A stretch of DNA of 63,993 bases, filler included, from Craspedostauros australis (GCA_030167865.1; 20 parts of 20 records of this genome joined end to end with filler, not necessarily neighbours in it), one strand, 5' to 3'. Positions 48,934 to 62,299 are shown, numbered from the whole stretch's first letter. Notes: generated by a model not told the origin, from the letters alone. Numbers and translations are program-made.

Positions 48934-50091
48934 TCGACGTTGGTTTCGAGCAAGTCCTAGGTGTGGCCGTGAAGCCCATCTGGACCTCTCAGCCCAGGCG
49001 GTTGGTCCTCAGTGACCTACGTGTCACCCAGAAGTACAATGACGCACTGTTGGAAGAGTACAGAAAGCACAACATATGCGAACGGGTGCAAGATATATGG
49101 CGCCTGGCGAAATCTCAAGGATGGCGACTGACCCCTGCCCAACAACTCCAGTACGACAAGCTCTTGGTGCAGACCTATGAGATCAGAAGATACGCAGAGA
49201 AGAAGTGTCGCAAGCTGAGAATGGGTGCCGTGGCGTGGTCTCCCGACCTGCAACACGCGAGGAACGTGATCAAGTTCTGGTCCTTGGAAGTGAAGCACAT
49301 GTCCGGTGTCAAAGTCAGTTCGTCCCTTCGACAACGCACCAAGAAGTCAGTGGGGCTGGACAGCGAGGCAACGCTGGAGCAAGCGAAACAGAAACAGTCT
49401 GAAGCATACGCAGCCTATTACACACAGAAAAAACATCACACACAAGCGCAACAACACTACCTGGTGGAGATTGCGAGGCAACGCCACGATGCTCATGATC
49501 AAGAATACGAAACTGCGCTACATCTTCTGCTGAACTGTGAGAGACAAAGGGAGCAAGCAGGCCGCCTTCGAGCGATCTTCGGTCAGGACAAGTCAATGAC
49601 CACCAAAGTCCTGTTCACCAATGAAGATGGCAGGCTTCATGAATGCACCAAACAACATGAGATTGTCACTGCGTGTATCTGGGAGAACAAGCGAAGGTTC
49701 TCACAAGCAAACGGTACTCCCTGTATGACAGGTCGAGACAAAGGTGTCATGGATCGTATCTGGCCACCGGAACTCGCAGCCCAACAGGTGAACAAGGAGG
49801 GCACGTCTCCAGCCGAACTTGACCCCATGATCCGGACCCTACTCGCAGCACTAGAGCCCATAGCACAGGACNNNNNNNNNNNNNNNNNNNNNNNNNNNNN
49901 NNNNNNNNNNNNNNNNNAAACAGAGCTCACCAACTTGGAGCCAAGCAACCCACATTTTGGCCACTACAAGGCAGCAATGATGGTGGATAGCTTGGCTAGA
50001 ACAGACATGCAGTTGCGTGATGTCCCATACCAGACGGGACACTCACCCCGACCATGGCAACGGATCACAGACGTTGAGATCCTGAAGAAGG
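48934..50091 (+). mobile_element. Ambal-like LINE ORF2 fragment (linker region leading into RT)
   Basis: RRLVLSDLRVTQKY..AEKKCRKLRMGAVAWSP..HFGHYKAA..P..TGHSP.PW...TDVEILKK, typical of the region just upstream of and at the start of LINE RT. Confidence 0.75.
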
Positions 50092-50191
50092 NNNNNNNNN
50101 NNNNNNNNNNNNNNNNNNNNNNNNNNNNNNNNNNNTTAATTAATTAANNNNNNNNNNNNNNNNNNNNNNNNNNNNNNNNNNNNNNNNNNNN

Positions 50192-51479
50192 TTCCACATA
50201 CACGTTGCCTTTGTGTTCGAGGTCGTGGAGTTTGTACTGTTCGACGACTTCTGGTGGCATCATGGCGATGGGCATGCGCATGTACTCGTATCTCTCCATC
50301 TCGGTGTTGAGGTAAAAATCCTTGATGTCGATGGTCATGAATTTGGCTGCTGGTGTGGAGACCACGCTGTTGAAGAGACACTTGGCCGTCGTNNNNNNNN
50401 NNNNNNNNGTGTGTACGTCGAAGGGGTAGTCGATGAGGTTGCCGCCCACGGTGAGGCGCGTGCGGTGGGTTTCTGCCTTCTGTGGTCGCACGGCGCATAC
50501 GATGCGTCCGTATGTGATGGTGCGATCCTTGGGGACTTTGTTTCTCGGGATGAAGAAGATGGTGTTTGTGGCCGCTGCCGCTGGTATGCGCGTGCCGATG
50601 GCTTGTGCCAGGCGTCCGATCTCGTTGGCAAACGATCGGTACCACTGCTCGGGTGTGTGGCCATGCACTTTGCCTGCGACGAGATGTCGGTACTCGTACG
50701 CGGTTCCGGTGCGTTCGTCGATGACGGCGTTGGCCTTCGGGGCGTTGGTGTCCCATCGTCGTNGCTGGATTGCGCCNGTGCGCAGTCTCGTGCGGGCTGC
50801 GGCGGTCGTCTCGCTCGGTGGTGTTTCCTCGTGGTCGTCGTCGTCTTCGTCGCCGGAGTCTTCGTCGTCCGTCACTACCGGCGCCGTCTCTGGCACCCTC
50901 GGAGGTGCTGGCGTGTGCTTGTTGGTAGCGTGAGGTTGGTTGGTTCGAGTGTTTGTTGCTGCCTTCGTCGCTGGGACTGTGGCGCGCTCCGGCACCCTCG
51001 GAAGTGGTGCATCTCGTTTGGTTGGGGCGACTGTTTGGAAGATTCGGCTGAGCTCCTCCAACGCGCCTAGTTGCTGGTCGCCGACTGCCTGTATTGGTGG
51101 GCAGGGCGTTTTGAGTGCCTCGGCCAGGTCGCCTGCGGCTTTGATGGCTAGCTCTGCATTGGTTGGCATCGGCGTTGCACAACGACTTGGCTTGAGTTCG
51201 ACGGTGTCGGTGATGCGGACTTTCCGCGTGTTGGTGCAGTAGATTTGGTAGCATCGGTAGTGTTCCATGGCTGGTGCGATGTACCATCCTTTGGTTCCGT
51301 GCGGTGCCCATGTGGCTCGTTTTGCTGGTTTGTCGTGTGCGATGGCTTTCGTGCCCGGTGGTGCGAGGGGTGTTGCGTTGAAATCGAAGTTTCCATGGAG
51401 GACGTGATACGCGGAGACGTGTGGGTTCACTCGTGATGGCCGGAGCAGATTGAGTGTGATGTCGCACTGAGGTAGCATT
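50192..51479 (-). mobile_element. Ty1/Copia fragment: integrase C-terminus to RT N-terminus
   Basis: TLNLLRPSR.NP..SAY..FDFNATPLAPPG..WAPHG..GWY..EHYRCY; NEIGRLAQ; RTRLTVGGN; DIKDFYLNT. Confidence 0.92.
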
Positions 51480-51579
51480 NNNNNNNNNNNNNNNNNNNNN
51501 NNNNNNNNNNNNNNNNNNNNNNNTTAATTAATTAANNNNNNNNNNNNNNNNNNNNNNNNNNNNNNNNNNNNNNNNNNNN

Positions 51580-54500
51580 TGGATTGGTTCGTCGCCCAAT
51601 TCCAACTCCACCGCCTTATCGCACTGGTCATTCGGCACGACTTCATTGATACTGAGACTAAACGTACCAAATTGACCTGAGGCACCATGCACGATCACAC
51701 GATACATCACGTCAACTTTGGAGTCAAACTCGACGTAGGCTTGCTCGAGAATTTCGCCGGTCACATCTTGAAAGGGACAAGAGCCAAAGCGCTGGTTCAG
51801 CCTGCAGTTCAGTGAGCCGCAGTCAGTACCTTCGAGCACAGTAACCCTCGAGCTGTAGGATGTGCGGGTGCTGCAGGTGGAGGCAACAAGCCGTTTGCCA
51901 TTGCCAACGAATGTGCGCCATATAGCAGAAGTTGCAGTACCAAGGCCTCCACAAAAGGGCCCGAACGTCCCCGGTGAGCCGGAGTTGCGGTTGAACGTAA
52001 CTTGTCCAATTGCAATAGATTGTGGAGCATCGCACCGATAATCGTATGCATCTTTGTCTGATTTGGTGGTTGACAATATGAATTCGCCGTGTCCGCCGAG
52101 TGCACTGTGGACGAGAATGAAGTACCGTCGGTTTCGTTGTGCGAACCACCCCGTTTCGCTTTGGAATATGCAGTGATCGGTCGCTCTATCATTCCCAGTG
52201 ACGCATTCCAACGAATTGCAGTCATTTCCCCTGAGAATCGTAATTTGGTTGTCGAACAGCCGGAAGGTCGTCTCATTAGGTAAAGGTGGCGGAGCTGGGA
52301 AATCAAACCCGAGCGAGGCATCATACTCGTGTGGTGTCATATCGAGAGATTTGCATGTATCGACATCGATGTATGAGTCATCCCCGACCACTGTGTACCA
52401 CACCCCCGGAGATACCACTTTGGATGCAAGGTCACAGCTTGATGTGAACTCGGTTGGGATGGTTGCTTCCATCGTTGATGCATGGATGGAGATGTTGCCT
52501 CCTACATCCAGAGGAACAGCCGCCTCACACAAGTCATTGTGCACTGCCGACTGGATCGAGAAGACGAATTCGGGGCTTGACGAAGCGCCGGCATCCGTCG
52601 TTGTGTCGGTGTTGGTGCTTGTGTCTGCACTCGGGTTGTTTGGCGCAATGCCATTCGTCCCTTCTTTGCCGCGAACTTCCTTGGATGAGATGTGCACGAA
52701 GTACGTCTCGTCGAGATTGGATTGCCACGCAACTTCGTTGAAGTTGGAGTCGCTGTCGAATTCCGCATGAGTTTCGTGGGGGGATTTGCATCCTCGGTTG
52801 AAGACGGTCTCCGCACCATCGAGGCACCCCAGGTTGTCGCACGATCCCTTGAAGACTTGCGCTTTGACAGATTGGAATGGAATCTCATCATCGCCGGAGT
52901 CCCTGCCACCATCGCCGAAGTTATCATCCAGACAAGTGGAGACCTTCATCAACGATCCTGTTCCATTCACTGCATACCACGTTCCCTTCCTATCCACCAC
53001 ATCCTGTACGCTGGATAGCTCGCAAGGTGGTGCGTTGTCGCTGGTCGCGGTGTGATGGGAAGCATACAGTTTGCGGAACGAGAATGATGACAACCCATCG
53101 ATCGTCTGCGCTTTGTGACAGATGTCATTGTCAGCCGTTTGGCGAATCGACAGTTGATAGTCGACATTCTCAGGGTCAATTGTGGATGCAGAAGTAGAGA
53201 TTGCTGCAGGTGTTGATGCTGATGCCGACGATCTCAGTCCGTTGCGCTTGCTACCATTTTCGGCGCTACCGTTGCCGTTGCCGTTGGTACTGGATGTGGA
53301 TAATCCGTCGGCAGGATTCCAATCGGGATGGCCAGCAGGAGGAGCAGAAATGGCGAGGAAATACTCTTCGTCATGTTCTGAATACCACGTCACCTGATTG
53401 CGAGATCCACACGAAACGCTGCTCGTCTCCGTGGCACATTGCAAACTGCCGCAATCCCCATTGAACACAGTGATGTAAGCGGGGGCGTTGCCTTGGACGG
53501 AACTTGGGTTGGCGTTGCTACTGCTCGTACTGCTGTCACTGCCACTATCGTTGCCACTACCGTTGTCGATGCAAGTGGATACAGTCACAATGCCCGACAC
53601 GTTCGTCTTCACGGAGTACCACGTAGCAACTCCAGACTTCACACCGCAAGATGCCAACGATGTGTCTGCCGGTGTCGCATATTCGTATGACCCTGTCACG
53701 ACAACAGCTGGCTTGATGGATGGCATCGATGTTTCGGACTCTGATGTGGTGGTCAGGATGATATCGAGAGACCTCGCCATCTCACATCTATCGTTTGACG
53801 CGATGAGTTGAGATCGTATGGTGTAATCGAATGGCTCCATTCCGCCAATCGCAACAGTCACAGATTCTCTCTTCGCCGCCGGAATCACCAACGCGCATTG
53901 TCTTGTTGCACAGCTGCCGAATGCTATCGCACAACCGAGATCGTCGCAGCTTGCTCCATCGAAGGCGACCATCCATGTTGCGAGCGGCGAATCCAACGCA
54001 ATTTCGATGTTGATGGCTTCGCCACCGCCGTTGGCATCAGTTTCAAGCCCATCAATTGATATCCATGAATGATATCCGGTCCAGGACTCTTGCTCGTCAC
54101 AACCGATTGTGGTTTGCGTCATGTTGCGCGATGCTCCACCAGACGTCTGAGATGACGTGGCCGTTGGAGATTTCTCACGCACAAGATCGACCACCTCTCC
54201 GCCAATGCCCACCGCGACAGATCCTTCGCATGTCAGGCTTGTGAGGAAGGTTGTTGCGGGGGAGGCTGGGGAGTGGGTGGGGGTTGATTCTGCCCCATTG
54301 CCGGAATCGTCATCTTTGCATTGCTTCAGCCCGGGAAAGAGAGAGCATGCACTTGTGAGCATGACGATGCCGACGATGATCGAAAGGACAATACACGCGC
54401 ACATGGCTGTCAGTCCGGACGAGCGCTTCTGATCATGATGCAATGGACCAGCTATACCAGCGCTTTCTCCATTGTCCTCTCCGTAGCTTTCATCTGCACC

Positions 54501-54865
54501 ATGTACACCATTTGCACCTCGAGGACCGGGTTCGTAATGGATGACATTTCCATCATAGTCAACCACTGCGCGTTCCATCTCTTCGGCGGTGACAGGTTCG
54601 CCGAGGGCAGGATCCACCACGTTGGTGATTCTGTTGCCTCTTCGGCCATTCCTTCTCCTCCGATTGCGAGGAGCATACGACGCATGGGCGTCCATGACGC
54701 TGTCACCTTGGCGCTGTCGGAACTGATCCCCTTCAACCATTGAGGATTCGTCGATGATTTCGCCTTGAGCAGTGTACAATCCCGCATGCATGGCAGGGTC
54801 GTACTGTTGTGGAGCCAGGGCTTCCTGAACCCCTGACCGCTGTCGGCCTTGTCCCGAAAGAGACG
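51580..54865 (-). CDS. Single-pass membrane protein with tandem Cys-containing ~120-150 aa modules; both ends truncated
   Basis: TM AMCACIVLSIIVGIVMLTSA, then repeats of NDxCxxA..WYxV..VSTC..VFxGxCxxLxC..W..YF. Confidence 0.8.
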
Positions 54866-54965
54866 NNNNNNNNNNNNNNNNNNNNNNNNNNNNNNNNNNN
54901 NNNNNNNNNTTAATTAATTAANNNNNNNNNNNNNNNNNNNNNNNNNNNNNNNNNNNNNNNNNNNN

Positions 54966-55567
54966 ACAACCTCAAACCGATCGTCACCGACAAGCTCGTG
55001 CCTGTGCAGAAGCAGGTGCAACCGCTGCACATGTGCGCGCACTTTCGTCTGGGGAACGGCGAGACAGGCAACTGGGAAGGCAGAAAATGGCGCCACGTCA
55101 ACAATAAAGATGCCATGATGGGAATGGTGTTGGAGGAGATGATCAAGTTCTCAAAGGACAAGGCGAACAGCGAGAAGACGGAGGGCGGCGTCAGCCTTTT
55201 CGTTGCTGGTGACGATCCCAACATCCAAGGCTGGTTCCAGAACAACGTGCCAACGGGATGGAAGGTCATCATGCCCGAGGTGGATACATCTGAGACGGCG
55301 AAGCGGTTGCCAGAATCAGGCGTTTGGTTCGGAGATTCCAAGAGCAACACGAGTGCTATCCTCACGCCGGACGAGAAAAACGACAAGATGGCCGAAGCGA
55401 TGGCGGACATGATCCTCCTGGGACAATGCGACGGTCTGTTTGCCCCGACGTACTCCTCCTTCATCATTTTGCCCATCATGATGAGCTACATCCGCGACGC
55501 GGCCATCTTTATTCGCAATCGCGAGGAGTTCGAACCATTCCGTGATGATCCGTTCAAGAAGCCGTAA
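54966..55567 (+). CDS. Fucosyltransferase-like (NodZ/GT23/GT11-type GT-B fold), 3' part
   Basis: HFRLGNGE (HxRxG), FVAGDD, DMILLGQCD..YSSF. Confidence 0.75.
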
Positions 55568-56894
55568 CCTGACGAACGAGAAACATAACATCAGCACCAT
55601 ATTGGAAGTTAAGAATCGTTTGCATCGCCGATAGCTTATATGCCATTTTACTAGAGAGAGCATGTACACCAGCAATACACCAGAATATCCAAGCAGGTAG
55701 TCATTCTATTCGTGTCCACGCCCTGATCCTGACCTGTACCTGATTCATTTAGCGATGCTCTTGGCCTTACCCACGAGTACTTTTCGTCCTCTCCGGGGAG
55801 GACAAATTCCATCTGTATTGGTGGAATTCGATGAACAAAAAATGTGCTCCAATGCGCCATGAAGGCTGCGGCAAAGTTGGAAATCGCACCGCAGACTTCG
55901 GTGCGCACAAGAACCTGACGTATGCACGACAGACGACCAAAGTCTACCCAAAGTTAGACTTCTGAAAACGAAGTCCGAAGTTTGATTGGCACAATAGTGC
56001 ACATCGTACTTAGGCACGCACTCGGTTGCACTGTTCCACGTTAAGATCATACTTCCATTGCATGTTCCTCCACCGTAAAATCACCTGAACTTCTTATTGT
56101 AGAGTATGCTTGATGGCAAAGAGAATCAATGGCCTCCTTCTCGTTGCTACATCCGCACTTCTTCCAACAATTGACATCGTTGAATGGAATAAGAAACACG
56201 CCAGAAATTGTGAGATGCCTGCTTCAAGGCTGGCCACTGGTCGGAAACAAGTAATCGAGACATCTATGCGATTCATGGTATCGATAGTGATAGAACACAG
56301 ACAAGAATGGGTACTTACCTCGAGATTGGGAGTGATCAGGTCCGTCAAATGAAGTAGAGTGAAGATGGTAGGGATTGTCAGTGTGCTCTGAGTGGTTAAT
56401 AGTATTAGATGGTAATAGAGCTAAACTAGTAACCACCTTAGCGAGAGAGACTACGAATCATCCGACTCGTCAGCATTCCAGTAGATCGAACGAACACTTC
56501 ACCGGCCCCCACGTTTGGGAACAGATCCAGAACCTTGAAGCAGATCTTCGGAATCCGTGTCAGGGAACCAATAGGGTTCCAATAACCAAGTTTCTGACAC
56601 TCACCATCGCCAAAACGCCGACACACGGAACCAAAGCCCCAGCAACACGCATCATCGCCCATTGTCTCTCACGAAACTCAGACAACGGATCTCGACCCAC
56701 GGTACTTGGGCTACACAAACCCCACGCATTGTCATTCAGGACACCACAGGAGATCCTCCCCGAAGGAAAGAACCATAGCACTAATCTCATAATCNNNNNN
56801 NNNNNNNNNNNNNNNNNNNNNNNNNNNNNNNNNNNNNNTTAATTAATTAANNNNNNNNNNNNNNNNNNNNNNNNNNNNNNNNNNNNNNNNNNNN

Positions 56895-58042
56895 GATGTA
56901 TCCACCTCGGGCATGATGACCTTCCATCCCGTTGGCACGTTGTTCTGGAACCAGCCTTGGATGTTGGGATCGTCACCAGCAACGAAAAGGCTGACGCCGC
57001 CCTCCGTCTTCTCGCTGTTCGCCTTGTCCTTTGAGAACTTGATCATCTCCTCCAACACCATTCCCATCATGGCATCTTTATTGTTGACGTGGCGCCATTT
57101 TCTGCCTTCCCAGTTGCCTGTCTCGCCGTTCCCCAGACGAAAGTGCGCGCACATGTGCAGCGGTTGCACCTGCTTCTGCACAGGCACGAGCTTGTCGGTG
57201 ACGATCGGTTTGAGGTTGTTCATCATGTGCTGCAGCACTGTTCCGGATTCCAGATTCGTCATGAGGATCCGCTGAGACAACTCAAACGAGCTATACACGC
57301 TAGATAGGTCGCCTCTGCCCGCCGGGAAGTTGTGAGTGCGCTCGACGCCATCGAAGTTCCAGGGGAGACCGTTGACGAAGTTCTCTTGCGGTCTGGGTTT
57401 TGTGTTGATGCGCCGTCTCAGTGCTCTCTCGCACTGGACGTACGGGGTCTCCTCAAAGAATGCACTCCATGGCGTGTCGCCCCAGTACACGATTGCTCGA
57501 CGTTGATGACGCAGAGCGTACGCCAATCCCGGTATCGTCCGGGACAGGCGATGTCCCAGACCGCAGCAGCCGCCCGTGCCGACTTGCTTCAAGGGTTCAG
57601 TGAAGTCCNNNNNNNNNNNNNNNNNNNNNNNNNNNNNNNNNNNNNNAGGAATCTTCGGGTTGCCGGTGAGGAGGACGCCGCCCAGCTTCGCTCTGCGGCT
57701 GAATTGGGGTGCCTTTTTCGCCACAGCAGCTGTGGCCTTGGGCGTGGTCGCGGTTGTGGTTCCATCGACGCAAGGACGAAGGCCAGAGGACTGGGCGATC
57801 TCCTTGAGCAAGGCGAGGGTTTCATCGATCTTTGCCATGTCAGCGGGGTCGATCTTGACGGGCTGCGGCTCCGTGACTGGCAGGTCCTGCGGTGTTGGCA
57901 GCAGCTGCGGCGACGCGAAGGAGGTGGTCATCGTAACCAAGAAAGATGAGAGCATGCTCAGCAATCCCAGTGTCACCATGACGATCATGAGGATGGATCC
58001 TCTGCCATGGTTTCGGATTCGGCGATCAACTTGTGCAAACAT
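56895..58042 (-). CDS. Same fucosyltransferase-like gene, 5' part (type II Golgi-like topology)
   Basis: Short tail, TM, Pro/Thr stem, GCCGLGHR and HFRLGNGE. 56895-57219 is the reverse complement of 54966-55290. Confidence 0.75.
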
Positions 58043-58952
58043 CGTCGGCCGCTTTGCTTTTCTATACTTTATTGCATGTGGATCCTTCGACGACAACGGT
58101 GCGATGGGGTGCTCAAATTGGGCACGATGACGTCCTCTGCGTTGCGGTCGGTTGCGGAGAGTGAAAATGACAAACAGCGATGATGGGTGGAATTGTGTTC
58201 CTGTTGGGGAAGACGCCTCTATCCACACTGTCGCCGAAAATGCCATGTGTACTACTTTAGTCCCATGTTCCTCACGATGTACCGTGTTGTAGAAAAAACG
58301 TGATTTGCCTTCCAAATCCCAAAATAAGTTGCTTTTTTGGACTACTTCGAGTAACACATCCATTGGTGATTTCCAAAAAAGCTCACGATGCAGCGCGGCG
58401 TCATTGGTCATGTCTCAGGGGTTCCTTTCCATGCACCTCACTTGCTTTCTCGACGTCGTGGGATCTGGGGTAATAGTTGCAATATACCATGATGTCACTG
58501 AAAAATTGCTGAAAATTGGTATTTTCCCTTCATGTCCCCATTGACCGGTGACCGAATTGTCTGTACTACCACCAGTACACACGATTGAACAACAAATGGA
58601 CAGGCACTCTACCTCCAAAAGAGACTACATATGTGAAGGCATCTGTCTACAAGAATACAAGTGCATGGCTCATCCTGCATGCACAGTTGATGCTTCTCAC
58701 TTGCCTCTTTGCCATGTGTTCCAAGATTACATATGTATGAAACTGACATCTTCCATGCAGGATGTGCTGGTCTTGGATCAAAAGCAAGACTATCCTGCAA
58801 AATTGGAACAAGACTAAGACATGGAACACTCGCACCTTCACTCCAACAATTGNNNNNNNNNNNNNNNNNNNNNNNNNNNNNNNNNNNNNNNNNNNNTTAA
58901 TTAATTAANNNNNNNNNNNNNNNNNNNNNNNNNNNNNNNNNNNNNNNNNNNN

Positions 58953-60043
58953 CCGCTGTGTCCAACGACACTGAGCCCAAAGGCTCCAAGCCTCTCAGGA
59001 CCAACGATCCTGACTAGCAATCTATGAAGTTAGCCCAAAGGCAACTCATCAAATCAAGCCCTTGCTAAGCAAGCGCACCCACCAACACCTGCAAAACCAG
59101 GTGTACGTCTCAAGAGCACCCCTGCCAAGACCTCCGTGCACACCTTCGCCACCGAAGGGAGGAAGAGCAGCAAGGCCTGAGACAACCGTCGACACCAAGC
59201 GAAGCCCAACGACTTCGACACCTCCGCCGCCTCACCATGAGCGTCCAAGGAGAAGACACGAGCATCAGCAGCGAAGAACGCAGGCTGGAGGCCTTCGTGG
59301 AGCGGCTTAACCAACAAGCCGCTCAAGCCCTTCGAGACCTCAACGAATCCCGAATCTCGCGAGGAGCTACACTCATCCCTGCTCAGCAAAGAGACCAAAC
59401 GGCAGCCGGGCAAGGAGAGGGCGAAACCGCCCAAGACAACGATGGAGATGCCAACGACCAACCGAACCCTGGTGAAACCGAGGGAACCGCAAGACGCGGA
59501 GGGAACGTAGGCAACCCAACCGAATCCACCGGGGGTGACTTCCCTTTTGCCGCCGACAAGGACCCCATCGGACCCGAGACCACGTACGTGGCGTACGAAA
59601 GCGAAGACAAGCCAGAGAAACCCATCATGGGCGGCCTCACCAAGGCTGGTCGTCACTGGGTACCATGGACGGGAGGGAAACCGAACGTCGAATGGACGGG
59701 CCTTGCGGAAGACGCAGCCACGTCCTACGACAGCTCCCAACAACAGCGCGTCCTCCACAACGGCTCGGACTCCAAGAACCAACCGGAGCGAGAGAAGGGC
59801 ATCCGCCCACGCTTCCGAATCGGGGACNNNNNNNNNNNNNNNNNNNNNAACCGCCAGCGCATGCTGCGCCTCCTCAAGGACCACATGTCCACAGCAGGTC
59901 TCATCTCGATGACCTACATGAGGAGCAACGAACACCCCGATGAGATGGTGTGTGTCCTCGACGCCCCAGGCAGCACCACCATCAGCCAAGCCACTGACCA
60001 CCATGACCTCTATCGCCACTTGTGGGATCGATACGACAAGCAG
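58953..60043 (+). mobile_element. Probable Copia 5' leader and gag N-terminus (ORF from 59237)
   Basis: PIMGG..WTGGKP..WTGL motif recalled from diatom Copia Gag proteins; intronless; isolated short contig. Confidence 0.55.
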
Positions 60044-60143
60044 NNNNNNNNNNNNNNNNNNNNNNNNNNNNNNNNNNNNNNNNNNNNTTAATTAATTAAN
60101 NNNNNNNNNNNNNNNNNNNNNNNNNNNNNNNNNNNNNNNNNNN

Positions 60144-60508
60144 CAATTCGACCTGATATACTTCCCAACTAAACCTGAAATGACAACACACTCGACGACC
60201 TCAAGCATCATCAATGGAATGTGGAATTGAGAGAGCCATGGAACGGTGATGAGTGACGTCGACACAGAAGACATCATCGCCACATCATGGGTCATCTCCA
60301 CATCAGAACAAGATCGCAGAGGTGCAATGACTGAGAGCTGACCTTGAAGACAGCAACATGAGATACAACTCAATGAAGATAACATAGAACTTGAAGTCAC
60401 TCAACCCAAACAGTGTCTTCACTCACCAGCTTGTCACCCTTGTCCTGAAAGACTTGATCTCTCTTGAAGGACTCGTGTGATCTCGCTGTGTACAATACCG
60501 AGTTAACA
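60144..60508 (+). repeat. LTR (3' or solo copy, 5' part missing)
   Basis: 365 bp apparently identical to 62400-62764, ending ..GAGTTAACA; the flanks diverge immediately afterwards. Confidence 0.9.
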
Positions 60509-60525
60509 GCTCTCTTGCTCAATAT

Positions 60526-60923
60526 TGTGTGTTTGTATTACATGATATTCTGTACTCAATATGTGCTCTGTATTTGATACATACTCCATTGTCTCATTCT
60601 CTACTGGCCCACTTCTCTGCAAGCAACCACCAATGTCTTGTCCAAATTCCTCCTTGTATATCCACAATCTTGATGTTGCTCAGTCATCGAATCTTTGCCT
60701 TCTTGATCTGATGTGGAGACAGATGTCAATGTGGTGACATGATGACATGCTGTTGACATCTGCTGTCACCTTCCATGGTCCTTCAGATTCCATATTCCAT
60801 TGATGATGAAGTGGTCTGGCAAGGATATTGTTGTTTGAGGTTTAGTTGGGAAGTACATTGAGCCTCGCTCGATGCCATATGTTTCAGTTGGTTGATGGAC
60901 GGACAGGATTCCTGATGCTCTCA
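60526..60923 (-). repeat. Diverged related LTR in inverted orientation (boundaries approximate)
   Basis: The reverse complement of about 60680-60857 aligns to about 60155-60335 (TACTTCCCAACTAAACCT, CATCATCAATGGAAT, CCATGGAA, TCTCCACATCAGA, ATGACTGAG). Confidence 0.7.
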
Positions 60924-61645
60924 GAAATGGTTGTTCACAAATTTCCTTCCAAAATTATGATTGTTTTTGTGTGTCCGATTTTGTGATGTGATTTTGATCA
61001 ATCACAGATCAGTATTGACACGAATGTAGTTGCGCTGTCTGCGCGTAGAAAAAGAGAACAATGGGTGAGCGATGCACATACACATACGCACATCTTGACA
61101 GACCAGTGAACTGGTGCATGTTGGAAATCCGGGGTACCCCAGTCTCTAGTAGTAGTATCTGGCTACCTATTCATGTTATTGCATTGTTGGAACTGTGAGT
61201 ACAATAAATATCAATAACTCATGGATTACATTTGCCAAAGCATACATAATCCACAGTAGCACACAGTCTTGCCCTTGCTCATGCAGTGCTGTCCTCCTGC
61301 TTCATCATGTCATGCAGCATGTACTCCATGCACATGTCATCTTGCAGTATTGGTGCATCTCAGATATTCCATCTCCTGCCTTCTACCAATAGTTTCGGTA
61401 GCATAGACAGCGTTGGTTCACAGGCATTCTTGACTCGCTTCATTCGGTCAGATCACCATCTCCATGTTTCACACAAGAGCTCGGACGATTGCTGCCAGTC
61501 TTCTCGTCTTGGGACAATCTCCATTTCTCTTCTCGGATCACCTTTCGTTTCTCTCCAAAACCTCTCCAATACTTCTCCGATATTTCACCGATACTTCACT
61601 GGCTCTTTGCAGGTTTGTCATTGGTGATCCGTTCACAGGCCATCT

Positions 61646-62299
61646 CACACTTTGTGACATCAGCCTGTCTCGAGTACTCTCTTTTCATTGGTTGCAACAT
61701 GGGGGCCGTAGTCGCGTGTATCGTGATGTTGGTCACAATTCCAACATCCCTGCCCCCTGCAACATACACGTGTGATTCGCATTCCTGCATTGAGGTCACG
61801 GACACCATAGTCCGGTTCACATTCGGCACGTGGCATTCTCCACCACAAGACGCGTGCAGCTCACATTTTCTGTCACAAAGATCCACGGGTGGGGGTTGCG
61901 GTAATGTATCATTTTATGACATTCGACTCCGTACTCTTGAGAGGTGCGGCAATTCGGTGTGTCAGGAATCGGGTGTTCTGAAACACCATATTGCCGCACC
62001 TCCCAAGAGTAAGGAGCCGAACGTCGGGATATTCTACATTACCGCAACTCCCACGTTTGATCATTGTGACACAGAAAAATGTGAGCTGCACGTAACTCGC
62101 GGTGGAGAACGACACGTGCCGAATGCGAACCATGCCCTGACGTTCATGACTCCAATGCAGGAATGCGAATCACACGCGTATGTCGCAGGGGGCAGGGATG
62201 TTGAAATCGTGACCGACATCACGATACGAGCGACTACGGCCCCCATGTCGCAACCAATGAGAAAAGAGTACTGGAGGAAGGCCAACATCACGAAGTGTG
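61646..62299. repeat. Long imperfect palindrome / foldback element, centre about 61972, right arm cut by contig end
   Basis: The arms pair continuously from a loop of about 8 nt out to the contig edge. Confidence 0.9.

Noticed and set aside
55650..56794. Short ORFs and a possible LTR start (TGTCAG at 56376)
   Set aside because: No second copy or protein motif in the window to confirm it.
58043..58852. Upstream extension of the fucosyltransferase ORF to 58411 and a CpG-poor TE-like region
   Set aside because: The extension looks non-coding, and ATG 58042 gives normal type II topology. The TE identity cannot be verified.
61489..62299. 288-aa ORF across the palindrome
   Set aside because: The translation is mirror-symmetric with antisense ORFs and has no protein-like features; explained by the inverted repeat.
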